Positions 24,893 through 37,634 of a stretch of 64,000 bases of DNA are shown here, piece after piece (position 1 is the stretch's first letter; each line of letters opens with the position of its first letter). The translations under genes and the position numbers were made by a program. The stretch is from the NCBI GenBank assembly GCA_951406725.2, contig OX597814.1:220534001-220598000 (forward strand), read 5' to 3'. The DNA is from Octopus vulgaris (lineage: Eukaryota). The notes under the pieces were generated by a model. The model was not told the origin of the DNA, ran no database searches, and saw only the letters and a list, made by a program, of their open reading frames with translations.

Positions 24893-25240
24893 AACTACAA
24901 TAAAATTCTGTACTCTACAAATCTTTAAGTGCCAAAAGTGATAAGAAACTAAAAAAAAAATTTTTTAAATAATAAAAAACCAGCACACTTTTATTACCTG
25001 AAATTAAATGTCTTTCATTTATCCTTTATTTATTCGCTTATTTAAAACATCAAAAATTAGTGGAACAGTTAAGAAGAGGACAAAGAAGAGTAACAGTTTT
25101 TATTAACCTTCGAAAAAGAATAGTATGTTTATAAAGTAGAGATAATTTTCACTCCTATTTCTATGCAAAGAATGTAAATGTGCTTATAAAATTTTCATTT
25201 CTGAAAGAAATTGTATTTCGATTCTTAGGATGATCTTAGA

Positions 25241-25278
25241 AGAACACCTCAAGTTTTGAAAAAAACTTGAGGTGTTCT
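25241..25278. repeat. Perfect 17-bp inverted repeat with GAAA loop
   Basis: agaacacctcaagtttt-gaaa-aaaacttgaggtgttct. Confidence 0.95.
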
Positions 25279-25938
25279 ACTAATACACTGTAGTTTTTTG
25301 CTTTTTTTTTTTTTTTTTTTTTTTTTGTAAGATCACAAATTCAAAAGCTACTCATGGCTAATATAACAACTACGATAGGGACTGAACTCCCATTCTCCTG
25401 GCCAAGATAACTAAAACTCTAACAATTACACAGCAGAGTAGATGGGAAAAGTGAAAAAACAGTTTTATTCATATGGCTTTAATTAGTGAAATGGACAATA
25501 ATAAAGTCTTTAATAACTTATGGATTCTGTATGTGATAGGGATAGTGGTGGTGGTGGTGGTAGTGATAAAAATGATATAGAAAAGAAAGACAAAAAAAAT
25601 TCAGCTGAATCAACAGAGAGAGAAAGAGAGAGAGAGAGAGAGTTTATATATTAGAGACAAGTAGAAACGGCTCCAGTGTGGTGACATTGGCTCATTTTGA
25701 ATGGCAATTGAAGAACAGTAGATGTGATTATGATATGATGGAAGTTTTTGAAACTGGGTACAGACAGGACATACAGAGAGGCCATGTTTTCTCAATCAAA
25801 ATAAACACTGATTTCATTCTTTCTTCAGGTCAGAGTTGTCATGGTAACAGATGGAGAATGTTTACTTTTATTGAATGGAAAAGAAGACAAAGACAATGAG
25901 AGTTATGTTTGAAATACATAAATACTGCTTTTTGTTTT

Positions 25939-26060
<122 letters not shown>

Positions 26061-27369
26061 TGAATGAGTGAAAAGGAGAAAGATACAGATAGAAGACAGA
26101 GAAGGGTGGCAAGAGGTAAAAGGTATGGATGGCCCTATTTCACTTGGAAACCATAGTAACACTCTAATTTTCAGTCAAACACCACAAGACAAATTTTACT
26201 ACCTCACCCAATCCCACCACACTCCTTCTGGGAAGCTATCTGTTTTTTTTTTTTTGGAAAGGGGAAACAAATAGTCATGTGACTTACTAACACTATATGA
26301 CAAGTACTGTTGATGTTGAGGAAGTAGGAAAGGCATGAATGAAATTAATTCCCAATTCTTCCCACTGTCCCCAAAATCCCAGGTAACACATCTTTGAATT
26401 AAAGAGAAACGATTATAGGCATTTGAAAAAAAAAAATACTGAAACTTGTTTTAACTGTTGTTACTTAACACTAGCAAAGCCTAATTAAGTGAACCAAAAT
26501 CAGAAGAATTCTGACCATGACTATCTTGACTTATACAGTTTATGTCCAGGACTGCATTATCAAATATGTCCATTCTTAAAGATAGTAAACTGCTAATTGA
26601 TGGTGACTTAGTCTTTATTTCTAGTATGTTAAGTAACTATGTTGCCTGTTATTTCAAGAACTTTGACTGATAATGTAGAACAATAATGGGTTAACAGCAG
26701 TTTATGAGACTTTCTGAATAGCATGCCTAGAGAAAAAAAATGACTTTGAATTTAGTAGTATGCTCCATTTGATGACAAGTCACATCTGATGTGGCCCACT
26801 TCTTGAGAATGGTTGCTCAAGTCTGATAAAGAAGCTCATAATTGACTTGGTTAAGCAGATGTTTTCTGATATGATAAGAGATACATATCATTTTGATAGG
26901 TTAATGGAATGTTGATTTATTTCTGATAAGTAATACAAAGAGAAAGATCTGCTACAAATTTTCCAACAGTTAGGTGAACTTAGACCACACAGAATAATTT
27001 GTTCTGCTATGCTGTGAATTCAAGATCAATTAAAACAAAGTAACAGTCCAGAGTGGTGAATTAGCAGAACTGCAAAAATGTCAAACTGGATGCCTTGCAG
27101 TATTTGTTATAGCTCTTTGCACTATGAGTTCAAATCCTACCAAGGCTTGCTTGAATGGCATGTTTAATCTGTTACTTGGTTTAACACTACCACATGGCAC
27201 AATGGGAACCTTAACTGTTTCAAGCATTCAGGCTAAGTCTCTGAATTAAGGATAATCTTCATTTCTCCCACTAATCCAGTAAAGGGTCATAGGCTCAGCC
27301 TTTTTTCTGGACTAAAAGCAAGAAGAAAAATAAATCCTGATACTATTAAAAATTTAATTCAGAATGAGG

Positions 27370-27566
27370 CAGCCTCTACATGGTGACTCGTCCTACTAGA
27401 AATAGTAGCAAATTATCCCTCAAACCACTCCCATAATCTTAAAAGAAGAACACTGAGTAGTGTGGTTCTCTCTGGATATAGGAAAAAGACAGGATGGTCA
27501 GGATTGGAATGCCTTTGATCATAGGGTATGCTTGCTTAGGGCTGACCTGGAGCTAAACAACAGCAA
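27370..27566 (+). mobile_element. Repeat family E (SINE-like, ends ggctgacctgg(a/g)gctaaacaac)
   Basis: Homologues at about 19470/20000, 26455-26640 (-), 36630/37020-37128, 47735-47810 and 56090-56240. Confidence 0.7.
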
Positions 27567-28144
27567 TGACTCATGGTATTAATTACTCTAGAGTCGCAAG
27601 TCTAACCTGATCCCTTCATACCCCCCCCCCATCCCCACTTGAGAATTTAAAAAATATATTTTACTATATCTTTTAAATAATCTGTTATTGGAGAGTTCTT
27701 AGTGGGTAAGATAGGGTGGAGTAAGAATCACCCTCTTGCCATCCCACCCTTCTAGGGTAATTTACTCCCCACTCCCTCCCTCATTCAGCATACAAATTAT
27801 AACGAACGCTAGACTTATGGAGATTACTTAACATAGATTTCATAGCTGATGTTAGTCACTGAAGCATAGAATCAAATGTTTAAATTAGTGAGTAATATGT
27901 AACCAATATAGGACTTAAGTATCATTTCCATAATTATTATTATAAAGTGATAAGATTGCAGATTTTGCTAGGAAACTTGATTAAATTCTATGCTGCATGA
28001 TATTCAGTCTTGTCCAACATTGAAAGCAACCATAGTCAAAAAAGCAATACTAGTCATATACTGGGATCAATAGAATGAACAGTATTCCTCTCCTACGAAT
28101 TTGGGGTTTTGTGACACTTACTGTAAAAAAACAAAACAAAAACA

Positions 28145-28647
28145 ACTACTGTATTTAGTTATGTCCTTTTTACATTCCAGTTTCAAATCTATGTAGAGAT
28201 CAAATTTGTCTTTCATTTTTGGAATAGTGGTGATAGAGGGGGACCAATTAAATTGACTACAGTCTACTTCCAAAAACTGTGGCCCTATGCATAAATTAAA
28301 AAACCATTATTATTTCAGAATCATCACAGACCCAGAAAAAATACAGTGCAATATTTGTTCTGGCTCTTAATATTCTCCGTTCAAATCCTGAGGTCAACTT
28401 TGTCCTTTACTCCACCTGGGTTACAAAAATTACCAGGTGAGTACTGTGGCCCTTAGAATCGACTAACTCTTTCCCTTCAAAAATAGTTGGCCTGTCCCTA
28501 AAACAGATTCTAATATTAACTTTTTTATTATTAATCTTGCTGAGGCCAAATTTGCCTCTCATTTCTCTGGAGCTGATAAAATAAGGTCTCAGTCAAGTAC
28601 TAAGGTTGATGTACTCAACTTGCTCCCTGTTTCTAAAATTACTGGCT

Positions 28648-28650
<3 letters not shown>
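28145..28650 (+). mobile_element. Head-to-tail array of about 3 degenerate family A SINEs separated by (ATT)n
   Basis: Three repeats of aaatc...gag(a/g)tcaa.tttg..tttca...aaaa..g.tgg.ct, each ending in att repeats. Confidence 0.7.
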
Positions 28651-28684
<34 letters not shown>

Positions 28685-28705
28685 TATTATTGTTGTTGTT
28701 GTTGT

Positions 28706-28975
28706 CCTCCAACACATAGATCCTTTAAAGTTGGAAGCTGGGTTGTATGTAATTATGTCTCAGCTCCTACCTGCAAATCAAAGGCACAAAACCTTCCTCA
28801 GTACAAGAGCATTCCAAGCACCACAGCCATTTGTGCACTCCCTAATATATCTGGTATGCCTAAGCTCTCAGGTATTGCATCCAGATTCTTTGAAATTGTC
28901 CTGAGTGCACTAATAACAAAAGGAACAAATTTGACCGTTGCTTAATGTATTTCTTGCACCTGACTTGCCCAAACC
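28706..28975 (-). mobile_element. Second R4/Dong-type 3' end (different family from 8563)
   Basis: Minus strand: TVKFVPFVISALRTISKNLDAIPESLGIPDILGSAQMAVVLG/.VLRKVLCL*. The 3' end runs into (AAC)n(AAT)n at 28649-28705. Confidence 0.7.
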
Positions 28976-29009
28976 CTGACATTTGCCTACATTCATTCTG
29001 TTATTCATC

Positions 29010-29365
29010 AGCACCATCATCATTTAACATCTGTTTTCCATGCTGGCATGGGTTGGACAGTTTGACTGAAAAGTGGTAAGCAGGGGATCTGCACCAGGTT
29101 TCAGTCTGATTTGGCATGGTCTCTACAGCTGGATGCCCTTCCTAATGCCAACCACTCCAAGAGAGTAGTGGGTGCTTTTTACGTGCCACTGGCATGGGTG
29201 CCAGTTACTAAGCATCGACATCAGCCATGGCTATGATCCCACTTGGCTTGACAGGTCTTCCCTAGCACGGCATATTACCAAAGGTCTCAGTCACTTGTCA
29301 CTGGCTCCGGGAGGCCCAATGTTCAAAAGGTACTTTTTACACGGCACCAGTATGGGTGCTAGGTA
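29010..29365 (-). mobile_element. Family C copy
   Basis: catcatttaacatctgttttccatgctggcatgggttggac...gctggatgcccttcctaatgccaaccactcc. Confidence 0.85.
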
Positions 29366-29377
29366 CGTTATCATTAA

Positions 29378-30030
29378 AAAATGAATTGGCAGAATTGCTA
29401 GTATGTCCATCAAAATGCTACTGGCATTTCTTCCAGCATTATGTTCTGAGTTCAAATTCTGCTGAGGTCAACTTTGCTTGTCATCCTTTCGGGGTCAATG
29501 AAATAAGTACCAGTCAAGCACTGGGGTCAATGTAATTGGCTATCCCCACTTCCATAAAATTTCAGGCCTGGTATCTATAGTAGAATGATGATGATTATCA
29601 TTATCATTATTAGGGTGATGGATTGCCAGAACTGTTAGAGTTTGTGGTATTTGCCTCAGCTCTTTACATTCTGAGTTCAAAATCTCATTGTGGCCAACTA
29701 CACCTTTCATTCATTGAAGGTTGTTAAACTAAAACATGAGTCAAGTACTGGAGTCAATCTAATCAATTAAACACCTCTTCATAAAATTTCAGGCCTTGTG
29801 CCTAGGTTAGAAAAATAATTATCATTATAAAAATGGTGAGTCGGCCAAATGATTAGTGCATTGGAAAAATGTTTCATGGTATTTGTTCCAATTCTTTGAT
29901 TCTGAATTCAAAACCCACTGAAGTCAATCACTTTGCCTTTCATCTTTTCATGATTAATAACAAAGTAGCAGATATAATTGACTAACCCCCACTCAAAATT
30001 GTTGGCTTTGTACTGAATTAGAGACACCAA
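29378..30030 (+). mobile_element. Head-to-tail array of 3 family A SINEs
   Basis: Units at about 29378-29585, 29612-29820 and 29830-30030, each with ttctga(g/a)ttcaaa and separated by (att/atc)n. Confidence 0.8.
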
Positions 30031-30094
30031 CACAATTACATGTTCAATAAATACTGTCATTATGTTGCCCAACCAATGTCAGCATGGAAAACTC

Positions 30095-30514
30095 TGCAGG
30101 CATGACTGTGTGGTTATGAAACTTGCTTCCCAGCCATGAGGTCTGGGTTCAGTTCCACAGCAAGGAACCTTGGGTGAATGACTTCAACTGTAGTCCCAGG
30201 TTGACTAAAGCCTCAAGAGTGGATTTGGTGAATGGAAACTAACTGAAGCCTGTCATATGTGCATATATGTGTACGTGTGTGCATGGATGTAGTCTTCTCT
30301 AGATATGACATAAATGTTGTAAATGAGTATCATCGATATACAAGTGAGGTTCTTTGTTTCTAGTCTTCTGTTTGACCCTGGGGAAATAATCCCTTGCCTG
30401 GAAAGATATGGGGGTTGGTGACAGGAAGGGCATCCAACCATAGAAAATCTGCCTCAACAAATTCCCTCTGACCCATGCAAGCATAAAAAATTCGATGTTA
30501 AATGATGATGATGA
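30095..30514 (+). mobile_element. SINE B2: family B head joined to a family C-like RTE 3' tail
   Basis: 5' gcaggcatgactgtgtggtt..gggttcagttccac..gagtggatttggt; 3' caggaagggcatccaaccatagaaa..cccatgcaagcat..gttaaatgatgatgatg. A second copy lies at about 54410-54782. Confidence 0.8.
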
Positions 30515-31377
30515 AAGACTCAATAAAATTCAGGTATTTGCTCATTTCAGTACTTGCTACTTAGGTGTTTAATACAAAACAGCTAATAGTAATATTTCAG
30601 GGTTAATGAACTTAACCATATCCATGTCTTATCAGCATAGCCACAACCTTAAGGCTGATACATATAAGAGAATAAATTTAATTAACCTTCATATTAAGAG
30701 GTAAAGATGCTAGACCTGTTTCAATTCTGAACATGCCCCAGTATGGCCACAGCTCATGAGTTGAAATTGGTTCAATTCAATCTCTTCAATAAATCTGATG
30801 CCTAATAATTATCATCATCAGCATCCTTCTTACGTTTTTATACACAGTAAATAACTTGGTGGTATATATAATATACACACACACATTGTTGTGTATACAT
30901 ATGTTATAGTTCTCTCCCCAACTAAAAGGAAAAGGAAACTCAAGGCTATGCACGAATGTATTTGTTCTGGTTGAACATAAACATAAAACAGGAAGATGGA
31001 TGAGAGGAGGATGAATAAATCTGGTTGGACTATTTCATATCAAGAATGAAATTATATTATTTCTGGCTTCCTTTAATGACAGATGAAGTAGATATTAGGG
31101 AGAAGAGAGCTTATTCCATAGACCAGCCACAGTTTCTATGAATATTTGTTTAGAAAATATAATTATGTAAATATTTCCTTTCATGCTCAGTTCCATACAC
31201 ACATGCTATCAATCTGCAAAATCTCCCTGAGAGAAAGATAAAGATATTGATACAAATACATACACACACGTCTGTGTGTGTGTGAGTGTCTATGTATGTA
31301 TGTATGTATGTATGTATATGTGTATATTCATACATATACATACATACATACGTACATACATATATATATGAAGATGA

Positions 31378-31408
<31 letters not shown>

Positions 31409-31412
<4 letters not shown>

Positions 31413-32056
31413 GTTGGTGCAAACGTAATGTCCGATTTAAAGATCTAAGGTAAAAATGAATAAGCCAATGACTATGGAAATATTTATTCATTAACATACT
31501 CTCCATTGCTTTCAATGACCTCATTCCATCTTCCAACAACCTTATAAATGCCTCGCTTGTAAAATTCTATAGGTTTAGAACCAAAATATTAATCCAACCC
31601 ATTTTCAATCTCTTCTCTTGTTAACCTAAGTCCATCAAAATGGTTTTGTAGTCCTTGGAACAAATGGTAATCAGAAGGAGCAAGGTCAGGAGAATATGGA
31701 AGATGGGGCAGTATTTCCCAACCAAGTTCTTCCAAGAGAGTTTTGGTCAGTCGAGCTGTGTAAGGATAAGCATTATAGTGATGGAAGATGATACCCTTTC
31801 TGTTACCCAAGGATGCTCACTTTTTGGTTCAGAACTGTTTTCAAATGAAGTTTCTCACAGTTAAGATTAGCATTAATTGTTTTGTTGTAGTCCAACAGTT
31901 CATAATGGATTACCCCTTTAATATCCCACCATACACTCAATATGATCTTCTTTGGTTGAAGTACTGCTCTCGGTTGTTGAACTGGCTATCCTCCTCGACT
32001 GATCCAAGAACGGTGCCGTTTAACATTATGGTAAGGAATCTACTTCTCATCACCTG
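31409..32056 (-). pseudogene. mariner (DD34D) transposase 3' half with right TIR
   Basis: TGDEK...VWWDIKGVIHYELL...FHHYNA(Y)P...LGWEILPHLPYSPDLAPSDYHLF. TIR tcaggttggtgcaaacgtaat abuts (TA)n. Stops and a frameshift are present, and the second catalytic D is changed to Y. Confidence 0.95.
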
Positions 32057-32251
32057 TAAGGGATGGCCTCCCTTTGCAAATACTTCAAGGGCACTGAAAT
32101 GGTGTCTAAAGCCAGCTGGAGACGACGATCTCCTGGGGCTATAGAGCTACAGTAACACCCCCTCCCCTTTGTGGTTAGCCATATTAAGATAGCTTCTATA
32201 CTTTACATTATCGAGAGATTACTGTTTACATCTCATTCTGAGATTTAATAA
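32055..32251 (-). mobile_element. Internal fragment of the Helitron family seen at 46330
   Basis: 32146-32207 is the reverse complement of 46395-46456; 32236-32251 equals 46465-46480. Confidence 0.7.
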
Positions 32252-32500
32252 GGGTAAAGACCCCCTTCGGTCATGAATGACCATGGGATTGCACCTAGAA
32301 AGTTACCCTCCTAGACACAAGTCCGGGCAAGGTTGTTTATGGAAGACCAGAAGTCGCCCATGCATACCAGCCTCCCCTCTCCACGCCACCAGTGTTATCC
32401 AAGGGAAAGACAAAGGTCGATACAGCTTGGCACCAGTGACGTCGCAACTCATTTCTACAGCTGAGTGAACTGGAGCAACGTGAAATAAAGTGCCTTGCTC
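32252..32500 (-). mobile_element. 5'-truncated CORE-type SINE
   Basis: Minus strand begins gagcaaggcactttatttcacgttgctccagttcactcagctgtagaaatgagt (CORE-like) and ends ttcatgaccgaagggggtctttaccc. Confidence 0.7.
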
Positions 32501-32535
32501 TAATAATGCCTATATATATATATATATATATATAT

Positions 32536-32858
32536 TATGGCTGCCCCCTCGTTATCGAGTATGGCCATTGCACGAAGCTTAACTGTCACTGGTGTTGTGA
32601 TCAAATGTGACTTTTTAGCCCAGCTAAAGATCTACAATGTCTTGTACAGAATTGGCAACTAAAACCTTTACCAGTAATAGCCGGCTGTAGTTGTAACTGG
32701 GCTTCATGTACCTTTGCATGTCGTTTAAGTCCTCCTGCTGAATTACACTCTCTTCCACATGCCCGACAGATATGATTAGTATGGTGCGTTACACCACCAC
32801 CAGTGGCCAGGTTGTCACTCATCTGTCTCGCTTTATGACTATGAAGATGACTCTTGAG

Positions 32859-32860
<2 letters not shown>
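32536..32860 (-). mobile_element. RTE-type LINE 3' end encoding tandem C2H2 zinc fingers
   Basis: LKSHLHSH...CRACGRECNSAGGLKRHAKVH...CQFCTRHCRSLAGLKSHI*SQH: the CxxC.R.C.S..GL..H finger of RTE C-termini, with no TGEKP linkers. Short 3' UTR; (TA)n on both sides. Confidence 0.75.
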
Positions 32861-32929
<69 letters not shown>

Positions 32930-33017
32930 TGTATAAATATATATATATATATATATATATACATACATACATACATATACATACATATGCACACATTCAT
33001 ACACATATATATATACA

Positions 33018-33067
<50 letters not shown>

Positions 33068-33341
33068 TTCATATATATATAACTATGTATATATGTGTGT
33101 ATATATCCATATATGTATATATATATATATACATACACATATATATGTGTATATATATACATGTATATACATATATATATGTAATATATACGTGTAGGTG
33201 TATATATATGTATATATACATATGTGTGTATGTACATATATATATATATACACACATATATATAAATACATATATATACATATAAACATACATATGTATA
33301 CATATAAACATATATATACAAACACACATACATATACACTC

Positions 33342-33373
<32 letters not shown>

Positions 33374-33497
33374 TCATATATACATACACACATATATACA
33401 CACACACACAAACACATATATTCACACATATAGACACACATATACACATATATTCGCACACACATATTCACATACATACACACACACACACACACAG
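32861..33497. repeat. Compound (TA)n/(CA)n low-complexity tract
   Basis: Direct reading. Confidence 0.95.
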
Positions 33498-33934
33498 AAA
33501 GGAAGATGGGAAGAAAAACAGGAAGGATGAAAGGTGGTCAGGGGGACAATCCAGGAGACAGACATGCAGGCTGATGGATAGATATGAAGGGAATAATGGA
33601 AATGACAAAAAGATATAGATCTGATAACATACTGTGATGGAGTTATGTGACTATGTTTTTGACATTAGCTATTACTTGAAAGAGAATAGCATAGTTTAAA
33701 GGCATAGTGGCTAAGAACATTGAAATTATATGTCAAAAATAATTGTTTATGAGTTTAATCCATACCCAAGGGCTGAGCAAAAGTTTGTGTATGAAAATAT
33801 GGCTTCTGAAGCTGATCAAAGAGTATACAGCTCAAAACACAGTGTGATGAGAATCACAAAAGTGAATTTAATAGTTTGGAAAACCCAAACTATTAGGAAG
33901 GAAGAACAAAATTTTGCTGCTGCAGCGGACTGGT

Positions 33935-34470
33935 AAAATCTTGAAGAGTGTTATGGCAAAATCATTAAGCACATTGGACAGAATGCCTTGCAGCATTGAG
34001 TTCAAATCCTACTGAGATGAACTTTGCCTTTCATTTTTTTGGGGCCAATTGAACAAAGTACCAGACAAGTACTGGTTAGGAGAGACAATGCAAAGCAGCT
34101 CTTCCCACATGCAAAATATCTGGCCGAGTGGTAAACAAAAGACATCATCATAATTGTTGAAATCAATTAAAGCAGTGAGCTGGCAGATGTGTTAGCATGC
34201 CGAGCAAAATACTTAGTGGCATTCTGCCCATCTTTACATCCTGAGTTCAAATCCCGCCAAAGTTGACATTGCCTTTCATCCTTTCGGGGTTGATAAAATA
34301 AGAACCAATTGAGTACTGGGGTAGATATAATAGACTTCCCCCTTCCCTCAAAATTGCTGGCCTTGTACCAAAATTTGAAATCAATAATTATAGAGATCAA
34401 CTTTGACTTTCATCCTTCTGGAGTTGATATAATACCAGTTATGCACTGGGGTTGATACAATCAGCTGTTG
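33935..34470 (+). mobile_element. Cluster of 3 family A SINEs (best copy 34168-34383, tail A2)
   Basis: gagctggcaga...gagttcaaatcccgcc..gcctttcatcctttcggggttgataaaataag...aaattgctggccttgtaccaaaatttgaaa. Confidence 0.85.
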
Positions 34471-35886
34471 TCTTCCTTTCCTATTCTCTTATTTGTGAAG
34501 TCATTGCCCCTTCTGCTTGAACCACAATTATATATAGTTTAGCTGACCCAGGGATAGAACTTATGCTCACTAGTTAAATTACAACATTTAACACTTCACA
34601 ATTAATTAATACTTATATTCACTATCCCATAGGGCAATTAAGTAATGGAGATTAAGAATTTTAAAGCTAACTTTTTTTTGTATGATCAGTCAGAAATAAG
34701 TTTAATGTTAAGGTGATATGGAACAGCACTACAAGGTAAGTCAGCTGAAAGAATCAGCTTACATATTGGGCTTTGATAAGACCATGGAAGCAAGCAGCAT
34801 GGAGGAACCTTTAATTAAGAAACAAAGAAGGTAGAACCCATCACAAAAAGATAACATAGGTTTAAAACTTTCAATTTCCATTACTTAACTATCCATCGTA
34901 ACAATGGTATACAGAATATATGCATTGATTCAATGTCAAGTATTAAGTGGGAATGAGTTCAATTTCTGGGTCTGTCACTATTATATACACCCAGGTTCAA
35001 ACAAAAATGAAGTTGGGGAATATTCCGCAATAAATAAGTCAATTTCAAGTTTTAAGAATTTCACCAAATAGGACTGATATCTGAAGAAGGCCAAAGAACA
35101 AAGCAGTGTGGCTATAACTAAAATGATATATCAGAGTGTCTGTAATGATAATTCCACATCTCTAAAATACAGACAAATGTTGTGTCACTTTCATGTCCCC
35201 TATCTTAGTGGTTTAGAGAGAAATCGATAAAGTAAGTACTGAGATCAATGTGATCAACTAAATTCTAGGAGATGGTAGTGCCCCAGCATGGCTGTAACCA
35301 AAAGACTAAAACCAATAATAAAAAAAATATATAGTGCATTCACATACAGACACTAAAAGCATACTTCAATACTTGTGAAATCCCATCTATCAATTTATGT
35401 TTCCCCATATGCAATTTTAATAATAGGGGTAGTAGTAACACTAGTTAGTATGATTGTCTGCAATAGTTCTTTTACTCACTCACTGAGTCTACTTGTACAA
35501 TTAGATAAATGATTCGGCAACAGTATATTTTTCATTCATATCTCTTCTCTGTGCTCATTGATTATTACTATCACTGCTGTTGTCACCATTAACACCAGCA
35601 CAAGCACCACCACCACCACCACCACCACCACCACCACCACAACTACTACTACTACTATTCCTACAAGTACTACCAATTTCATAAAATGGTTTGTGGAGTT
35701 GGCAGTGCAGTGTTTTAGTAATTAATTTCCCTTCTGGGTCACTTACTGTTAGAGTATGTACCTTTAATCAAACAAACTTTCTGATAGCGTATAATGCAGA
35801 CTCAGTAACAGATTTTGTGATGACAAATATTATTGTAATAAGTTGATATTTCTCTTTCACTCATTCACTCACCCAAACAACCAGTC

Positions 35887-35950
35887 ACACACTAATGTGT
35901 ACATACACACACTAATGTGTACATACACACACTAATGTGTACACACACAC
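35887..35950. repeat. 20-bp minisatellite x3
   Basis: acacactaatgtgtacatac repeated. Confidence 0.9.
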
Positions 35951-36653
35951 ATGAGCACATCAATATAACCACGCGCACACACACACAGACATACAGTTGT
36001 TTTAGACTAGTTGGTATTTAATGTGTTTGTTTTTTGCTCAGAAATGTTGACCAATATACTTAAAGAGATTACAACTGCATTGATGTAGACATGTGATGTA
36101 TATAGATGAGGCAGGCAGAAGGATGGGGGGAAATATGCTGAGATCTGTTTGCAGGAGGGGAACAACAGTGGAGGAGATAGGAGTAGGCTTGGGACAAAGT
36201 AATTAGATCATAGATTATGGAGTTAGTCCTGACAGATGAGATACTACAGGGCAGTTTTGACAATATATACATGTGTATGTTTGAATTCCGGCTGCTGCAG
36301 ACGTTCACTAGCATACAAATACTCGAGACTATCCTTATTTAGTTAGGATGAATATAATATACTGTTGTACAGCAGCATCCGACTACTGCCAAATGCACAA
36401 CACAGAAACACACACTTTGCAGTTTGCCTTAACAAAACTAATCATTAAAATAGCATTTGATCAATGCAACTAGGCTTACATGCACGTACTTGTTATATCT
36501 ATATGTGGGTGTCTTCACACATAGTTAAAATCCAACACAGCTTCCAAGACTGATGACCAGTGCCAAGAAAAATTATCTTTCCATAGATAACAAGGTTAGC
36601 CCTAAGCACATTCGATGAGGTATTCTCTTAAATGCAGTCAATTCATACACTAT

Positions 36654-37018
36654 CAGGAGTGGCTGTGTGGTAAGTAGCTTGCTAACCAACCACATGGTTG
36701 CGGGTTCAGTCCCACTGCGTGGCATCTTAGGCAAGTGTCTTCTGCTATAGCCCCGGGCCGACCAATGCCTTGTGAGTGGATTTGGTAGACGGAAACTGAA
36801 AGAAGCCTGTCGTATATATGTATATATATATGTGTGTGTGTGTGTGTTTGTGTGTCTGTGTTTGTCCCCCTAGCATTGCTTGACAACTGATGCTGGTGTG
36901 TTTACGTCCCCGTCACCTAGCGGTTCGGCAAAAAGAGACCGATAGAATAAGTACTAAAGGCGGTGCTCCAGCATGGCCGCAGTCAAATGACTGAAACAAG
37001 TAAAAGAGTAAAAGAGTA
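36654..37018 (+). mobile_element. SINE family B, young copy with an internal deletion, inserted in a family E remnant
   Basis: Near-identical to the reverse complement of 38245-38654; lacks the segment between aagtact and aaaggcgg. Confidence 0.95.
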
Positions 37019-37598
37019 TCATCTTAATACAACGATATATTGGCAATGTAGTTGTAAATATACAACATTAAGGGATGGTCATGGCTAGAAAACCTTTATC
37101 ATGCCTGCCCAGAGCCAAACAACAACAAATATTGTATAATATATTATTCTGCTTTGAAAGTGGTCAACGCGTGCGTGTGTGCATGCGTACATAAATAAAT
37201 AAATAGAAATGTACAGATAGCGCAACCGTTTTCGAGGTAGAATAATATATTACATGCATGTATATGAAAACGAAAATGTGTGTGAGGTGATGTTGATATG
37301 GTAGACTACAGGCCACAAAAAATGATAAGTTCAAACCAAACCACTTATATTACATTGTAGTCTTCAGCAAGACACCAAACTCTGCATGTTCCACTATGTT
37401 CAATTGTAAAAAAATAATAATAAAAAAAAAAAGATCCCACTCATATTTATTTCATGGTTGACTTACTACTGCTGCAAACCAAGCTGCCCAGTTCACTCAA
37501 GCTTGGAAAAATGAACTTAAAATGATAAAAAATAATAAACAAACATATAAATAGGCAAGAGGGATTTCAATAACTAGATTTTCAAGAACAAGTAACTT

Positions 37599-37634
<36 letters not shown>

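Noticed and set aside
32601-32822. Host C2H2 zinc-finger gene exon
   Set aside because: No TGEKP linkers or splice signals; finger type, short 3' UTR and abrupt 5' truncation fit an RTE end better.
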